A stretch of 63,996 nt of DNA, the filler included, from a bacterium (GTDB lineage: Bacteria; JAMORN01): the NCBI GenBank assembly GCA_027063545.1. It is 16 parts of 16 records of this genome, joined end to end, with 100 filler letters (N's around TTAATTAATTAA, not from the genome) between each part and the next. Parts side by side here need not be neighbours in the genome. Positions count along the whole stretch, not along the records: positions 1 to 4,063 come from JAMORN010000235.1; positions 4,164 to 8,215 come from JAMORN010000236.1; positions 8,316 to 12,361 come from JAMORN010000237.1; 13 more parts are not named here. One strand, 5' to 3'. A program made the translations under genes and the position numbers. The notes under the pieces were generated by a model, which was not told the origin of the DNA, did not search any database, and worked only from the letters and a program-made list of their open reading frames with translations. Below, one piece after another: positions 1 through 11,004 of this stretch (position 1 is the first letter of the stretch; each line of letters opens with the position of its first letter).

Positions 1-815
1 TAACTATTGAGAAAAAAGAAATTTATAATATACTAAAAGAATTAAAATTGCAATATAAGTTAGATAAAACAAATTTTGAGACTATATATAATAGAAACAA
101 AATTCGCAATATAATTATACCATCTATAGAGAGTAATTTCCCTTTTTTTAAAGATAATATATATAAAACCTCAGAAATAGCAAGGGAGCTCCATAAATTT
201 CTAAAAGATAATTATAATTTAGATATTGATAAAGATTTTTGGGGTCTTGAATATATAAAAAGAGAAAAATTAATACCAAATATTGCAATACTTTACTATC
301 AAATATCTGATATTTTAAAAAATTGGGGATTAGAGGAGGATAATATAGGTATATATAGGACTATTTTTTTTGCTTTAAAGAAAGAAAAAAATACAAAAAT
401 AACAATAGATAATAATATATTACTTTTTTTAGATTATGATGGTATAAGAAAATACGAAAATTATTCTAAATATGTAGTAGAAATTAAGGCTAATAAAAAT
501 TTTTTTACAAAATTAAAAGTTTTTTATAAAAATTTAGAGATTAAAATTTTATTTTACAATGATAAATGGTTTTTAGAAGCTTATATGGATAATTATAGGA
601 CATTAATAGAATTAAAAGAAGATTTATTCCCGTACTATATAAAAACTAGAGAAGAGGGGATGAGATTTTATAATAAGAATAAAAAATTAAAGGAGTTTTT
701 TATAGACTATAAAATACCCAGAATACACAGGGAATTTATGCCTATTTTAGTGGATAAAAATAACAGGGTACATAGTATTTTATTTTTTAAAGAATATAAA
801 AAATCTTTAATTTAA
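1..815 (+). CDS. tilS: tRNA(Ile)-lysidine synthetase, 5'-truncated
   Basis: Frame open from window start ([11 protein letters not shown]...DKTN...[12 protein letters not shown]). C-terminal TilS_C-like motif [23 protein letters not shown]. Directly upstream of ftsH. Confidence 0.85.
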   Translation, partial: TIEKKEIYNILKELKLQYKLDKTNFETIYNRNKIRNIIIPSIESNFPFFKDNIYKTSEIARELHKFLKDNYNLDIDKDFWGLEYIKREKLIPNIAILYYQISDILKNWGLEEDNIGIYRTIFFALKKEKNTKITIDNNILLFLDYDGIRKYENYSKYVVEIKANKNFFTKLKVFYKNLEIKILFYNDKWFLEAYMDNYRTLIELKEDLFPYYIKTREEGMRFYNKNKKLKEFFIDYKIPRIHREFMPILVDKNNRVHSILFFKEYKKSLI

Positions 816-826
816 AGGAGTTTAAT

Positions 827-2797
827 ATGGCAGAAAAGAAAGCGACAAATGTTATATTTTACCTATTTTTATTTTTAGTATTTTTAATAATTTTGCAAAG
901 TATTAATTATATGAATACTAAAGAGATAGAGATAACTTATAGCGAATTTGAGGAAATATTGAATAAAAATACCTTAAATGGACAGCCTATTCCTAAAATA
1001 AAAAAAGCAATAATACTAAAAAAAGATATAAATACATATGAATTTATAGGATATTTAGAAAAAAATGCAAGTATAAGTTTAACTCCAAATTTAAATACAG
1101 AAGATAATAAGATGGCCTTAATAAAACCGTCACAAATAAAATTTAGAAAATTTAAGGTCATTTTACCAATGATTGATTCAGAGATGTTAGAAAAATGGAA
1201 TAAATATGGATTCCAGTATAGATTTAAAGAGAAAGGTTTAGATTGGGTTAGTGTATTTATTTCTTTTCTTCCATGGCTATTTTTTATAGGATTATGGGTT
1301 TTAATGATGCGTCAGATTAATGGAGGGGGTGGAAAAGGAGTTTTTAATTTTGGTAAGAGTAGAGCAAAGTTGATAACAGAAGCTGATACAAAGGTGACAT
1401 TTAATGATGTAGCAGGTTGCGATGAGGCTAAAGAAGAATTAAAGGAAGTTGTTGAATTTTTAAAGGATCCGGGAAAGTTTCAAAGATTAGGAGGAAAACT
1501 ACCCAAAGGTGTATTACTTGTTGGCCCTCCAGGTACAGGAAAAACTCTTTTGGCAAAGGCTGTTGCAGGAGAAGCAGGAGTACCATTTTTTGCTATTTCA
1601 GGATCTGATTTTGTAGAAATGTTTGTTGGTGTTGGAGCAGCTAGAGTAAGAGATTTATTTGATAAAGGAAGAAAATATGCTCCATGTATATTATTTATTG
1701 ACGAAATTGATGCTGTAGCAAGACAAAGGGGGGCTGGCTTAGGAGGAGGACACGATGAAAGAGAGCAGACTTTAAATCAGCTTCTTGTTGAAATGGATGG
1801 AATGGATACAAAGGATGGAATAATTGTTATAGCAGCAACCAATAGGCCGGATATCTTAGATCCAGCTATCTTACGTCCAGGAAGATTTGATAGACAGATT
1901 GTTATAGATAGACCTGATATGAGAGGAAGAGAGGGTATTTTAAAGGTTCATATTAGAAAACAGAATATACCTATTGCTGATGATGTTGATTTAGAAGTAA
2001 TAGCAAAAACAACTCCTGGACTTAGTGGTGCAGAGTTGGCAAATATAGTTAATGAAGCAGCTTTATTGGCAGCAAGAGAGAATGTAAATAAAGTATATAT
2101 GAGACATTTTGAGCAGGCTAGGGATAAAGTGATGTTGGGATTAGAAAGAAAATCAAGAAAGATTTCAGAAAAAGAAAGAAAAATAACAGCGTATCATGAG
2201 GCAGGCCATGCCCTATGTGCTTATTATATTCCTGAAGCAGATAAGGTGCATAAAGTTTCTATTATACCTAGAGGGATGGCATTAGGTATAACCCATACAT
2301 TACCAGAAGATGATAAATATACATATTCAAAGTCGTATTTACTTGCAGAAATAGCAGTGTTATTGGGCGGTAGAGCTGCTGAGTTATTAATATTTAATGA
2401 AGAAACAACAGGGGCAGGGAATGATATAAAAAGAGCAACAGAAATTGCTAGAAAAATGGTATGTGAGTGGGGAATGAGTGATAGAATAGGCCCAATAGCG
2501 TTAGAAGAAAAAAAGGAATTAGTATTTTTAGGTAGAGAAATAGAAAAAACAAAGGAATATTCAGAGAAAGTAGCAGAAATAATAGATGAAGAGGTTAAGA
2601 GAATAATATATGAGAGAATGGAGTTTGTTTTAAAACTATTAAATGAGCATAAACAGGAGCTTATAAGAATAGGAGAAGCTTTACTAAAATATGAAACAAT
2701 TAATTATAAGCAGATGGAAAATTTAATAAAATGTGTAAGTATTGAATGTGGTAGTGTTGGAGGAGATAGTAGTGATGAAAATAATGGGCATAGTTAA
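827..2797 (+). CDS. ftsH: ATP-dependent zinc metalloprotease FtsH
   Basis: Two N-terminal TM segments, Walker A GPPGTGKT, Walker B IDEID, SRH RPGRFDR, zinc motif HEAGH. SD AAGGAG. Confidence 0.98.
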   Translation: MAEKKATNVIFYLFLFLVFLIILQSINYMNTKEIEITYSEFEEILNKNTLNGQPIPKIKKAIILKKDINTYEFIGYLEKNASISLTPNLNTEDNKMALIKPSQIKFRKFKVILPMIDSEMLEKWNKYGFQYRFKEKGLDWVSVFISFLPWLFFIGLWVLMMRQINGGGGKGVFNFGKSRAKLITEADTKVTFNDVAGCDEAKEELKEVVEFLKDPGKFQRLGGKLPKGVLLVGPPGTGKTLLAKAVAGEAGVPFFAISGSDFVEMFVGVGAARVRDLFDKGRKYAPCILFIDEIDAVARQRGAGLGGGHDEREQTLNQLLVEMDGMDTKDGIIVIAATNRPDILDPAILRPGRFDRQIVIDRPDMRGREGILKVHIRKQNIPIADDVDLEVIAKTTPGLSGAELANIVNEAALLAARENVNKVYMRHFEQARDKVMLGLERKSRKISEKERKITAYHEAGHALCAYYIPEADKVHKVSIIPRGMALGITHTLPEDDKYTYSKSYLLAEIAVLLGGRAAELLIFNEETTGAGNDIKRATEIARKMVCEWGMSDRIGPIALEEKKELVFLGREIEKTKEYSEKVAEIIDEEVKRIIYERMEFVLKLLNEHKQELIRIGEALLKYETINYKQMENLIKCVSIECGSVGGDSSDENNGHS

Positions 2798-3575
2798 TGT
2801 TACTCCAGATTCTTTTTCAGATGGTGGAGAGGTTTTTGGAAGTGTAGATAAGGCTATTGAAAAAGCAATGGATTTGTATAAACTGGGTGCTTCTTATATA
2901 GACATAGGAGGAGAGTCAACAAGACCCGGTTCAGATCCTATAGATGTTGAAGAGGAGTTAAATAGAGTTATTCCTGTTATTGAAAAATTAAAAGGCAAGA
3001 TACCAAATATTTCAGTTGATACATATAAATCTAAGGTTGCAGAAAAAGCTATTTTAAGTGGTGCTACTATGGTAAATGATATTTCGGGACTTAGATTTGA
3101 TCCTAATATGGTTGATGTTGTAGCAAGTTATGATGTAGAAGTTGTTATTATGCACATAAAGGGTACACCTAAAGATATGCAGAAAAATCCATTCTATGAA
3201 GATGTTATTGATGAATTATTAAAATATTTTGATGAAAGGGTTAATTTTGCTATAAAAAGGGGAATTAAAGAGCATAAAATATGGATAGACCCGGGAATAG
3301 GATTTGGAAAAAGACTAGAGGATAATATAAAAATAATGAATAATATTGATAAATTTAAAAAATTTGGTTTAAAAATATTAATGGGTACATCAAGAAAATC
3401 TTTTATAGATATGTTATTGGAATATAATACACAACCTAAGGAAAGAGATTTTGGAACAATAGCAACAACTTTATATTTTTATGATAAGGGAATTGATATG
3501 GTTAGGGTCCATAATGTAGAGGCAAATATACAAGCTTTAAAGGTTTATAAAGCAATAAAGGAAGGTATATATTAA
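2775..3575 (+). CDS. folP: Dihydropteroate synthase
   Basis: [48 protein letters not shown] at 2775 follows a GGAGGA SD, so it is preferred over the ORF-track start at 2742. Confidence 0.96.
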   Translation: MKIMGIVNVTPDSFSDGGEVFGSVDKAIEKAMDLYKLGASYIDIGGESTRPGSDPIDVEEELNRVIPVIEKLKGKIPNISVDTYKSKVAEKAILSGATMVNDISGLRFDPNMVDVVASYDVEVVIMHIKGTPKDMQKNPFYEDVIDELLKYFDERVNFAIKRGIKEHKIWIDPGIGFGKRLEDNIKIMNNIDKFKKFGLKILMGTSRKSFIDMLLEYNTQPKERDFGTIATTLYFYDKGIDMVRVHNVEANIQALKVYKAIKEGIY

Positions 3576-3576
3576 T

Positions 3577-4063
3577 ATGGTTTTATACCAATGGGAGTTT
3601 TTAAAGTTCACAATAAAAGACTTCTTTGATATTTTATTTGTTGCTTTAGTTCTTTATCTATTTATTAATATCATAAAAGGCACCCGTGTTGTTTCAATGT
3701 CTTTTGGAGTTTTATTTATTGTATTAATATGGCTTTTATCAGATTGGTTTAATCTGTCAACTTTAAATTGGATGTTTTCTAATGTAATAAAAGTAGGGGT
3801 TATTGCATTATTAGTTGTTTTTCAACCTGAGTTAAGAACAGCTTTAATAAAACTGGGGGATTTTACTTTAATAGATCTATTTATAGATAAAACAGAAGAA
3901 AATACCATTGAAGAGATAATAGAAGCTATTAAGGAACTGCAGGAGTTAAAATTTGGAGCTATTATAGTTATAGAAAGGAATATAAATGTATCAGATAATG
4001 TACAACAAAGGGGTGTTTTTATTAATGCAGATGTTAAGAAGGATTTATTAGTAACTATCTTTT
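3577..4063 (+). CDS. cdaA: Diadenylate cyclase CdaA/DacA (3 TM + DAC domain), 3'-truncated
   Basis: DILFVA...GTR...VVFQPELRTAL...GAIIVIER pattern, downstream of folP. The contig ends before the catalytic DGA motif. Confidence 0.9.
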
Positions 4064-4163
4064 NNNNNNNNNNNNNNNNNNNNNNNNNNNNNNNNNNNNN
4101 NNNNNNNTTAATTAATTAANNNNNNNNNNNNNNNNNNNNNNNNNNNNNNNNNNNNNNNNNNNN
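4064..4163. other. Artificial contig linker N44-TTAATTAATTAA-N44 (first of 15)
   Basis: Identical 100-bp linkers at 4064-4163, 8216-8315, 12362-12461, 16497-16596, 20598-20697, 24683-24782, 28761-28860, 32837-32936, 36845-36944, 40851-40950, 44849-44948, 48841-48940, 52817-52916, 56789-56888 and 60752-60851. The core gives stops in all six frames, and contig lengths decrease monotonically. Confidence 0.99.
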
Positions 4164-4195
4164 TATAAATTTTTTTATTTTTTTTTTCTCTGCTA

Positions 4196-4837
4196 TTAAT
4201 TAACAATATGTAAAAAATAAAATATCAATCCTAAACTTAAAACATCAATAAACCACTGAAAAAACAAATTTTTTGTGGCTTTTATTTTTAATATATTAAA
4301 TCTTTTATCTAAAAAAGGATAAAAAACTTCAACTCCTCTATATGAAAACATATCCTCAATTATATGAAACAACACTCCTAAAAAAATAGGGAAAAATAAA
4401 AAATTATAATGAGATAAAACACCTAAAAATACAAGAAAAAGTAAAGAATGAGTAACACCTCTATGCTTTAATATTTTAATTATTAAACCCAAAACTTTTA
4501 TATCAAAAATCAAAAATAGAACAAAAAAGAAAAATATTAAACCTAAAATTAAAAATAAATAACTAAAATTCTTAATATCAGGAAAGTTATAAAGATAAAC
4601 ATAGATCCTCAAAAACATTAAACTAACAATAAATAAAAAAATACTTACCCAAGATGCTTTTTTCTTCTTTTCTCTTACTTTATTGGTTATTCTTATATCA
4701 ATATCTGGTAAAAAAGCAAAAAAACCTGTTAATATACTATAAATAAAAACATAAAAAATACTCTCAACGCCTAAAATAAACCTATAAACATATAAAGATA
4801 AACTAAAACTTAAGAAAAAATGATTCCTACTTATCAC
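4196..4837 (-). CDS. Membrane metal-dependent hydrolase (YdjM/LexA-binding inner membrane family)
   Basis: Multi-TM protein with LPDID, HRGVTHS and HIIEDMFS..G motifs. GTG start overlaps the coaD end. Confidence 0.85.
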   Translation of the reverse strand: MISRNHFFLSFSLSLYVYRFILGVESIFYVFIYSILTGFFAFLPDIDIRITNKVREKKKKASWVSIFLFIVSLMFLRIYVYLYNFPDIKNFSYLFLILGLIFFFFVLFLIFDIKVLGLIIKILKHRGVTHSLLFLVFLGVLSHYNFLFFPIFLGVLFHIIEDMFSYRGVEVFYPFLDKRFNILKIKATKNLFFQWFIDVLSLGLIFYFLHIVN

Positions 4838-5345
4838 TTTTTGATAATTCTTTTATTATATTAATATTTTTATCCTTATATTTAAGTCTTAAAGCCTTGT
4901 CTACAATCTCTGGGACAAATTCTTTAATACACCCTCCAAAAGAAGCTATCTGTTTTACCATTGTAGAATTAATAAAAGAATACTTAGAACTTGTCATTAA
5001 AAATATTGTTTCTATATCTCTATTAAGTTTATGATTAAAATGAGCCATTTGAAGTTCATATTCAAAATCAGAAATTACCCTAAGCCCTCTTATTATTATC
5101 CTAATATTATTCTTTTTTAAAAAATCAACAATCAAACCCTCATGAAAATGAAACTCTACATTCTCTAAATGCTTTAAAGATTCCTTTACTAAAAAAAGCC
5201 TTTCATCAGGGGTAAATAAAAAATTCTTATTTGGATTTATAGCAACAACCACATGAAGTCTTTCAAAAATTCTAGAAGACCTCTCAATTAAATCTACATG
5301 ACCCAATGTGATAGGATCAAAAGAACCTGGGTATATAGCCTCCAT
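4827..5345 (-). CDS. coaD: Phosphopantetheine adenylyltransferase
   Basis: AIYPGSFDPITLGH, IRGLR..SDFEYELQMA, INSTMVKQIA. Confidence 0.97.
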   Translation of the reverse strand: MEAIYPGSFDPITLGHVDLIERSSRIFERLHVVVAINPNKNFLFTPDERLFLVKESLKHLENVEFHFHEGLIVDFLKKNNIRIIIRGLRVISDFEYELQMAHFNHKLNRDIETIFLMTSSKYSFINSTMVKQIASFGGCIKEFVPEIVDKALRLKYKDKNINIIKELSKSDK

Positions 5346-5353
5346 AAAATCCT

Positions 5354-5902
5354 CTATCTTTTTATTACTATATAAAGTTTTGTTTTACCATAAAAGCGAG
5401 TCTGTAAAATATATTCCTCTCTATCATCAAATAAAACCTCATCTTTAGCCCTTGTCTCCATAAATAGTACCCCATCTTCTCTTAAAAAATCCAACAGTTT
5501 TATAATTAAATCCTCTCCTGGCAGATTATCATAAGGTGGATCAACAAAAATGAAATCAAAACTTTTATTTGGGGTTAGATTATTTACAAAATTATATATA
5601 TCATCTTGAATAACTGTTGCCTTATCTGTAAACCCTGAAATTTCCAAATTTTCATTTATTAATTTAATAGCTGCAGAATCTTTATCAACCAAAACTGCAC
5701 TCTCAGCTCCTCTTGATAGTGCCTCAATACTTAATGCCCCTGTCCCAGAATATAAATCTAATATATCTGCACCTATTATCTCAGGGCCTATTAAGTCAAA
5801 AATTGCCTTTTTCAACAACTTCATTGTTGGTCTTATCTTATCATAATCCTTTGGGGCTTTTAACTTCATTCTTTTTTTAGAACCCCCAATAATCCTTAGC
5901 AT
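5354..5902 (-). CDS. rsmD: 16S rRNA m2G966 methyltransferase
   Basis: LRIIGG, IRPT, LDLYSGTGALSIEALSRGA, FVDPPY. Canonical rsmD-coaD pair. Confidence 0.95.
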   Translation of the reverse strand: MLRIIGGSKKRMKLKAPKDYDKIRPTMKLLKKAIFDLIGPEIIGADILDLYSGTGALSIEALSRGAESAVLVDKDSAAIKLINENLEISGFTDKATVIQDDIYNFVNNLTPNKSFDFIFVDPPYDNLPGEDLIIKLLDFLREDGVLFMETRAKDEVLFDDREEYILQTRFYGKTKLYIVIKR

Positions 5903-5920
5903 ATTTCCACCCTCTTTTTT

Positions 5921-6931
5921 TTAATCTTTATAATAAAGATTTAATAACATTGTAACAGAATAACTTCCATCGTTATTCTTCCATATAACTACATTAGAAA
6001 AACCTAAAGAACTAAACTCTTTTGAAACTTTACTAATAAATTCCTGTAATTTTGTTTTTGAAATTCTTCTATTTTTTATAACAAATACTTTTGCTCTTAT
6101 ACGAGAATTTATTTTTAGATTAATATTTTTATATATGGAAAAATTATATTTTTTAAAAACTCTTCTTAATTTCTTAACTTTTGTTCCTAATACATTTCTT
6201 TTATATATTTGAAAATTTTTTTGTTCTATTTTTGGATAGAAAATATCATAAAAATATATACCATTTGAATAACTCTCTGTAAAACTATAATCTTTCAATA
6301 AGTCTCTTATATCATTTTTTGTATAAACACTAATTGATAGTGGGGAAGATTTAATAATTCTTTGTAATCCCTTATTAATTAACTTATTAAAAAACTCTTT
6401 AAAAAATAAAGTCAACGTAGTATTCTCTGATAATATAAATTCTCTTAACGTTAAATTCTCTAAAACTTTTTCTTTTAACTCTTTAGTATTTTTCAAATCT
6501 TCTTTAGATGTTATATTTTTACTTATATCTTGAGTCTCTAATTCTTCTACCTCAACATTTGTCTCCACTACTCTATTTTTATCAACCTTCTTTGAAAGAT
6601 CAACTAATTTTTTATTTTTCTTTTTTATCTTTATAGATGGCTCTGGTAATAAATTCTCTTCATAAGATTGAACTTTATTTTCTTTTAAACTTCCTGCTGT
6701 TATCTCCTGCTCTATAGTTTCAACTCCTTTTTTATAATACAAAAATAAAATAACCCCTATAATAAAAATAGAAAATACCCCTACAATACTTATAAGAACT
6801 AAAACTTTTCTCTTATTGCCTGATTCATTTTGTATAGCAACTTTATTCTCTTGAGAATAAGCTTTACTCTTAAACTTACTCTCTTGAAGTTCTTTTAATT
6901 CATCTACAAAAAGATTCAAATTTATACCCAT
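5921..6931 (-). CDS. Bitopic membrane protein of unknown function (PilN/PilO-like position)
   Basis: One TM segment (aa ~43-66), Lys/Glu-rich linker, C-terminal alpha/beta region. Follows the PilM-like gene. Confidence 0.45.
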   Translation of the reverse strand: MGINLNLFVDELKELQESKFKSKAYSQENKVAIQNESGNKRKVLVLISIVGVFSIFIIGVILFLYYKKGVETIEQEITAGSLKENKVQSYEENLLPEPSIKIKKKNKKLVDLSKKVDKNRVVETNVEVEELETQDISKNITSKEDLKNTKELKEKVLENLTLREFILSENTTLTLFFKEFFNKLINKGLQRIIKSSPLSISVYTKNDIRDLLKDYSFTESYSNGIYFYDIFYPKIEQKNFQIYKRNVLGTKVKKLRRVFKKYNFSIYKNINLKINSRIRAKVFVIKNRRISKTKLQEFISKVSKEFSSLGFSNVVIWKNNDGSYSVTMLLNLYYKD

Positions 6932-6949
6932 AATATATCTCCCTCTATA

Positions 6950-7753
6950 TTACAACTCTATATATTTCAAAGCAAAACCTAAACTAATAACATATCTAAT
7001 AGGATCATTATCATCAAGTATTTCCATTGTTATATTTCCAAAATTAAATTTTTCATAATCACTATTACTATTTATTAAATCTTCAACCAAATTATTTTCT
7101 CCTGCCACTATTATATTGTTCAATTGAGATATTTTATCTTTAACTAAAGAAATAAATAAAGAAAAATTATTTATATAATCTTGGGTATATGGCTCTATTT
7201 TATAATCTATAAAATCATTTTCCCCTATAAATAAATAATAACAGAAACTACTATCAAAAAAACCTAATACAACATTATTTAACTCTAAATAACTAAATTG
7301 AAAAGCATTAAAAAGCCCCAAAATGCCCATGTCTATTCCATCAACTTTAAAATCAATTTTCTGAATAAAATCTTTTGCCTTTTTCTTTTTTATTGCCCCT
7401 AAAAGAAGACTATCCTTATACTTTACAAAGTTATAATAAAAATCCTCTTTATTTGGTAAGAAATTCTCTATTTCCCATTCTACAATCTTCTCATCATCTA
7501 AAATGCCATCTTCAAAAGGCACTATTCTAAGTAAATCAGGATTTGGAATATTTATATTCACCACAGCATTTTCAAAAAATTCCTTATCTTCTTGATATAT
7601 TTTATTTAAAAGAGAAATCACCTCTTCCTCATTATCAGCCTTTTCACTACGTAAATAATAAGTTAAAACAGCATCTCCTTCATTAACAAGCCCTGATAAA
7701 TAAATATTATCACCTGAAATAAATATTCCTAAATAGCGTTTATTTTTATCCAT
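6950..7753 (-). CDS. Divergent PilM/FtsA actin-like protein
   Basis: N-terminal YLGIFISGDNIYL strand, WEIENFLP...FYYNF, IDMGILGLFNAF, IIVAGE, C-terminal ISLGFAL, all in PilM order. Confidence 0.6.
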   Translation of the reverse strand: MDKNKRYLGIFISGDNIYLSGLVNEGDAVLTYYLRSEKADNEEEVISLLNKIYQEDKEFFENAVVNINIPNPDLLRIVPFEDGILDDEKIVEWEIENFLPNKEDFYYNFVKYKDSLLLGAIKKKKAKDFIQKIDFKVDGIDMGILGLFNAFQFSYLELNNVVLGFFDSSFCYYLFIGENDFIDYKIEPYTQDYINNFSLFISLVKDKISQLNNIIVAGENNLVEDLINSNSDYEKFNFGNITMEILDDNDPIRYVISLGFALKYIEL

Positions 7754-7767
7754 AATAAAATCCTCTT

Positions 7768-8115
7768 TTAATTTTTATATAAAATCCCATTTTTTATGAT
7801 AAGATGATGATGAGGACATTCTATTGTAAAACTAGTATCTGTACTTTTATATATATATCTTTTTCCTGTTAGAGGACAATTATAATAAAAATGGTCTTTT
7901 CCGTTATCTAATTCTTCTAATGTTTTTGTATATCTATGATACTTCTGAAAAAATAGTTTTTCCTGTAAAGCCAATTTATTCAGCCTCATCATACATGCTT
8001 GTTCTTCATATGTGGGTTGGGTATGAAAAATTTTATATATAATAATTCCAAATATTATTAAAAAAACACTTGATACTAAAAAAATATTTATAGATTTAAG
8101 TTTTTCTCTATTCAT
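7768..8115 (-). CDS. Small pilin/pseudopilin-like protein
   Basis: N-terminal hydrophobic helix, C..RL..L...E..F......Y...LEEL helix and CP...Y.Y....F.I.CP.H head. No canonical G|FxxxE cleavage site. Confidence 0.5.
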   Translation of the reverse strand: MNREKLKSINIFLVSSVFLIIFGIIIYKIFHTQPTYEEQACMMRLNKLALQEKLFFQKYHRYTKTLEELDNGKDHFYYNCPLTGKRYIYKSTDTSFTIECPHHHLIIKNGILYKN

Positions 8116-8315
8116 CTTTTATTTTATAAAAATAAATAATTTAAACCTATAAAAATATTATTTGCATTAAAACTATTATCTGTAAAGTTTAATATATAAA
8201 ATTTATACATAACAGNNNNNNNNNNNNNNNNNNNNNNNNNNNNNNNNNNNNNNNNNNNNTTAATTAATTAANNNNNNNNNNNNNNNNNNNNNNNNNNNNN
8301 NNNNNNNNNNNNNNN

Positions 8316-8705
8316 GTATTGAACAAGTTTTAAAATTCTAAAAACTCTTAAAACTCTCAATGTTCTTATAACAAGCATATAATGACTTGAGGCAAATATA
8401 TAGGTTAGGTAGGTCGGAAGAATAGACAAAAGATCAACAATTCCATAAAAGCTTTTCATATATTTGATTCTATTAGGGGAAATCCAGATTCTTAAAACAT
8501 ATTCTATAGTAAAAAAAAATGTAAAAAACCACTCTAATATAGAAAAAATATTCCCATACTTTTGTGAAAAATTACTTATAGAGTTTAACATTACAACAAT
8601 AACACTCATTACTATAACTATAATAAGAATAATATCAAATAATTTTCCAGCAGAAGTATCCGCCTCAAAGATTATTTTATACAATTTCTTTTTTAGATTA
8701 TCCAT
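8316..8705 (-). CDS. Voltage-gated K+ channel-type ion transporter, 3'-truncated
   Basis: IIFEADTSAGKLFD, FTIEYVLR, VDLLSILP, and an S4 Arg repeat RTLRVLRVFRILK. Confidence 0.9.
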
Positions 8706-8795
8706 TTTTTTATGTATTTTTATTTAAGATTTAGATCAAAAAATCCGAATTTATTGAAAAGATAGAAAATAATATAAATAAATTCAATAGAGTAT

Positions 8796-9824
8796 ATGGC
8801 AAATAAAGAGGAAGTTTTAAAAAATCTTAATAGATGGTATATAAATTTTAATTATAAAAGAGAGTTAGAAAATTTTAGAAAAAGACATAGCCTAGATAAT
8901 CCTATAGTAAAAAGGGTTCAACTTGAGGTCACTCAGAAGTGTAATTTCAATTGTTTGATGTGTCCAAGAAATCTTGTTGATACATCAAGAGATATGAGTT
9001 TTGAAGAGTTTAAAATCATAGTTAATAAACTTCCCCAGAGTGTTGAAACAATAATATTTCATGGATTAGGAGAAAATGCTCTTCATCCAAATTTTTACGA
9101 TATGCTTTTTTATTTAAAAGAAAAAGATTATATCATAGAACACTTTTCAAATCTTTCAGTTTTAAAAAAAGATGCTTTAGATTTTATTGATATTCTATAT
9201 ATATCCCTAGATGATGTAGATCCATCTTCTTTAAAAAAACTAAGAGGAAATATAAATCCCAGTTTAACTTTTGAGAAACTTTTTCTTTTTAGAGAAGAAA
9301 CAAAAAAAAGGAATAAGCCTTTAAATATTAGTATATCTTTGAGTTATATTAACTATAAACATTTAAAGGAAATATATGATTTTTTAGATAAATTTAACAT
9401 AGATTTAGTTCAGATTCAGCCAATAACAAATAATTTTCCCTATAATTCTAAAGAATTCTGGACTTTTGAAAAATTTATTGAAAAGAATTTTGAAAAAGTT
9501 GATTGGAAAAGGGTAGCAGAGATCTACTTAGAGAATGATTATAATTTTAATCTATTAATCTGGTATCCAAGAAAATATATGAAAGGACTGTGTGTTTGGG
9601 GTTTTGATCATGTTTATATTAATAAAGATGGTGATATAATATCTTGTTGCAGAAAGGTAGTTAGAACAATTAAATTTGGAAATCTATTAGAAAAAAGTTT
9701 TGAGGAGATTTTTTATTCTACTAAATATAATGCTTTTAGAAAGGCTCATCTTGAGGGTAAAAAACTTGGATTTTGTGATTATTGCACACAAGGATGGCCT
9801 TTAAAATATGTGAAGAAAAGTTAG
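8796..9824 (+). CDS. Radical SAM / SPASM-twitch domain protein
   Basis: CxxxCxxC (CNFNCLMC), HGLGE, and C-terminal C...G.IISCC...FGN...CDYC. Confidence 0.9.
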   Translation: MANKEEVLKNLNRWYINFNYKRELENFRKRHSLDNPIVKRVQLEVTQKCNFNCLMCPRNLVDTSRDMSFEEFKIIVNKLPQSVETIIFHGLGENALHPNFYDMLFYLKEKDYIIEHFSNLSVLKKDALDFIDILYISLDDVDPSSLKKLRGNINPSLTFEKLFLFREETKKRNKPLNISISLSYINYKHLKEIYDFLDKFNIDLVQIQPITNNFPYNSKEFWTFEKFIEKNFEKVDWKRVAEIYLENDYNFNLLIWYPRKYMKGLCVWGFDHVYINKDGDIISCCRKVVRTIKFGNLLEKSFEEIFYSTKYNAFRKAHLEGKKLGFCDYCTQGWPLKYVKKS

Positions 9825-9828
9825 AATA

Positions 9829-11004
9829 ATGAATAATAAAAAAGTTTTGTTTGCTATTCATACCTATGATAGGTTTGCAGGTGGGATAGATAACGCCTTT
9901 TCAAGGCTTGAGAATAATCTTCCAGATTATATAAAACACGATATACTTGTTTTTAAAAATATAGTCAATCTTCCCCACAAAGCAGAAAAAATTTATTTTC
10001 TCTCTACAGTTAAACTTCCATCATTTATTTTAAGACACAAAAAAAGATTAAAGTTTTTAGTGGTTTTTATAGGCTTTTATATTTTACTATATAGGATCAT
10101 AAAGTTTTATAACTTTCTAAAGAAAAATGGAGAAAACTATAAAAAAATCGTTGTTTTTGATGATTATTTTTCAGTAATAGTTTTAATGTCAACCTATTTA
10201 TACAATAAAAAATATAAAAAAAATATTAAAGTAATCCCATCAGTAAGAAACTCTCCAAGAAATATTTATTCCTATGGAAATTTAATTCATCTTTTGCCAG
10301 ATTTTTTTTATCTAAAAATAGCATTTCCCATAATAATAAAAAAGCTTTCCTACCTTGTTCATGGAGTAGCAGAGGGGTTAAAAACTGAGTTAAAAGAGAA
10401 GTTTAATATAAATAATGTTGTAATAATTCATAATTTATATGATTTCTCAAAGATAGAAGAATTGGCAAATGAGGATATAGAGTTTAAGTTTGATTATCTT
10501 CTAAATGTGGGACATATTAATTTTGCCAAAAATCAAAAGGATTTAATAAAAGCATTTTTTGTTCTAAAAAAAGAGTATAAGATAAAAGAAAAACTTTTAA
10601 TAATAGGAAAAGGCCCTTTAAAAGAGGAGTTAATATCCTTAGTGAATAGCCTAAATTTAAAAAATGAGGTTATTTTTTTAGAACCACTCTCAAATCCTTA
10701 TAAATATATGAAAAGAGCAAATGTATTTGTGTTAACCTCATTATATGAAGGGTTTCCAAATGTTTTAGTTGAAGCAGGTTATTTAAAAACACCTATTGTT
10801 TCATATAAAATTGAACATGGCGTTTCTGAGATAGTAAAAAATCCAGTAGAAAAAGGGGATATTAAATCTCTTTCTTTTGAAATTTATAGAATTTTAACCG
10901 ATAAAAATTATAGAGAAGAATGTATTTTTTATACATCAAATAGAATTGAAAATATTTTTAACAAAGAAAGGATAATAAAAAAATGGGAAGAGCTACTCAA
11001 ATAA
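9829..11004 (+). CDS. Glycosyltransferase family 4
   Basis: GG near N-terminus, VGHINFAKNQKDLI, NPYKYM, S.YEGFPNVLVEA (EX7E). Confidence 0.92.
   Translation: MNNKKVLFAIHTYDRFAGGIDNAFSRLENNLPDYIKHDILVFKNIVNLPHKAEKIYFLSTVKLPSFILRHKKRLKFLVVFIGFYILLYRIIKFYNFLKKNGENYKKIVVFDDYFSVIVLMSTYLYNKKYKKNIKVIPSVRNSPRNIYSYGNLIHLLPDFFYLKIAFPIIIKKLSYLVHGVAEGLKTELKEKFNINNVVIIHNLYDFSKIEELANEDIEFKFDYLLNVGHINFAKNQKDLIKAFFVLKKEYKIKEKLLIIGKGPLKEELISLVNSLNLKNEVIFLEPLSNPYKYMKRANVFVLTSLYEGFPNVLVEAGYLKTPIVSYKIEHGVSEIVKNPVEKGDIKSLSFEIYRILTDKNYREECIFYTSNRIENIFNKERIIKKWEELLK

Noticed and set aside
2742-2774. N-terminal extension of FolP, and likewise 15819-15860 for the Wza-like protein
   Set aside because: These are in-frame TTG extensions overlapping the upstream gene. 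The downstream ATGs fit the SD or signal peptide and the family N-terminus better.
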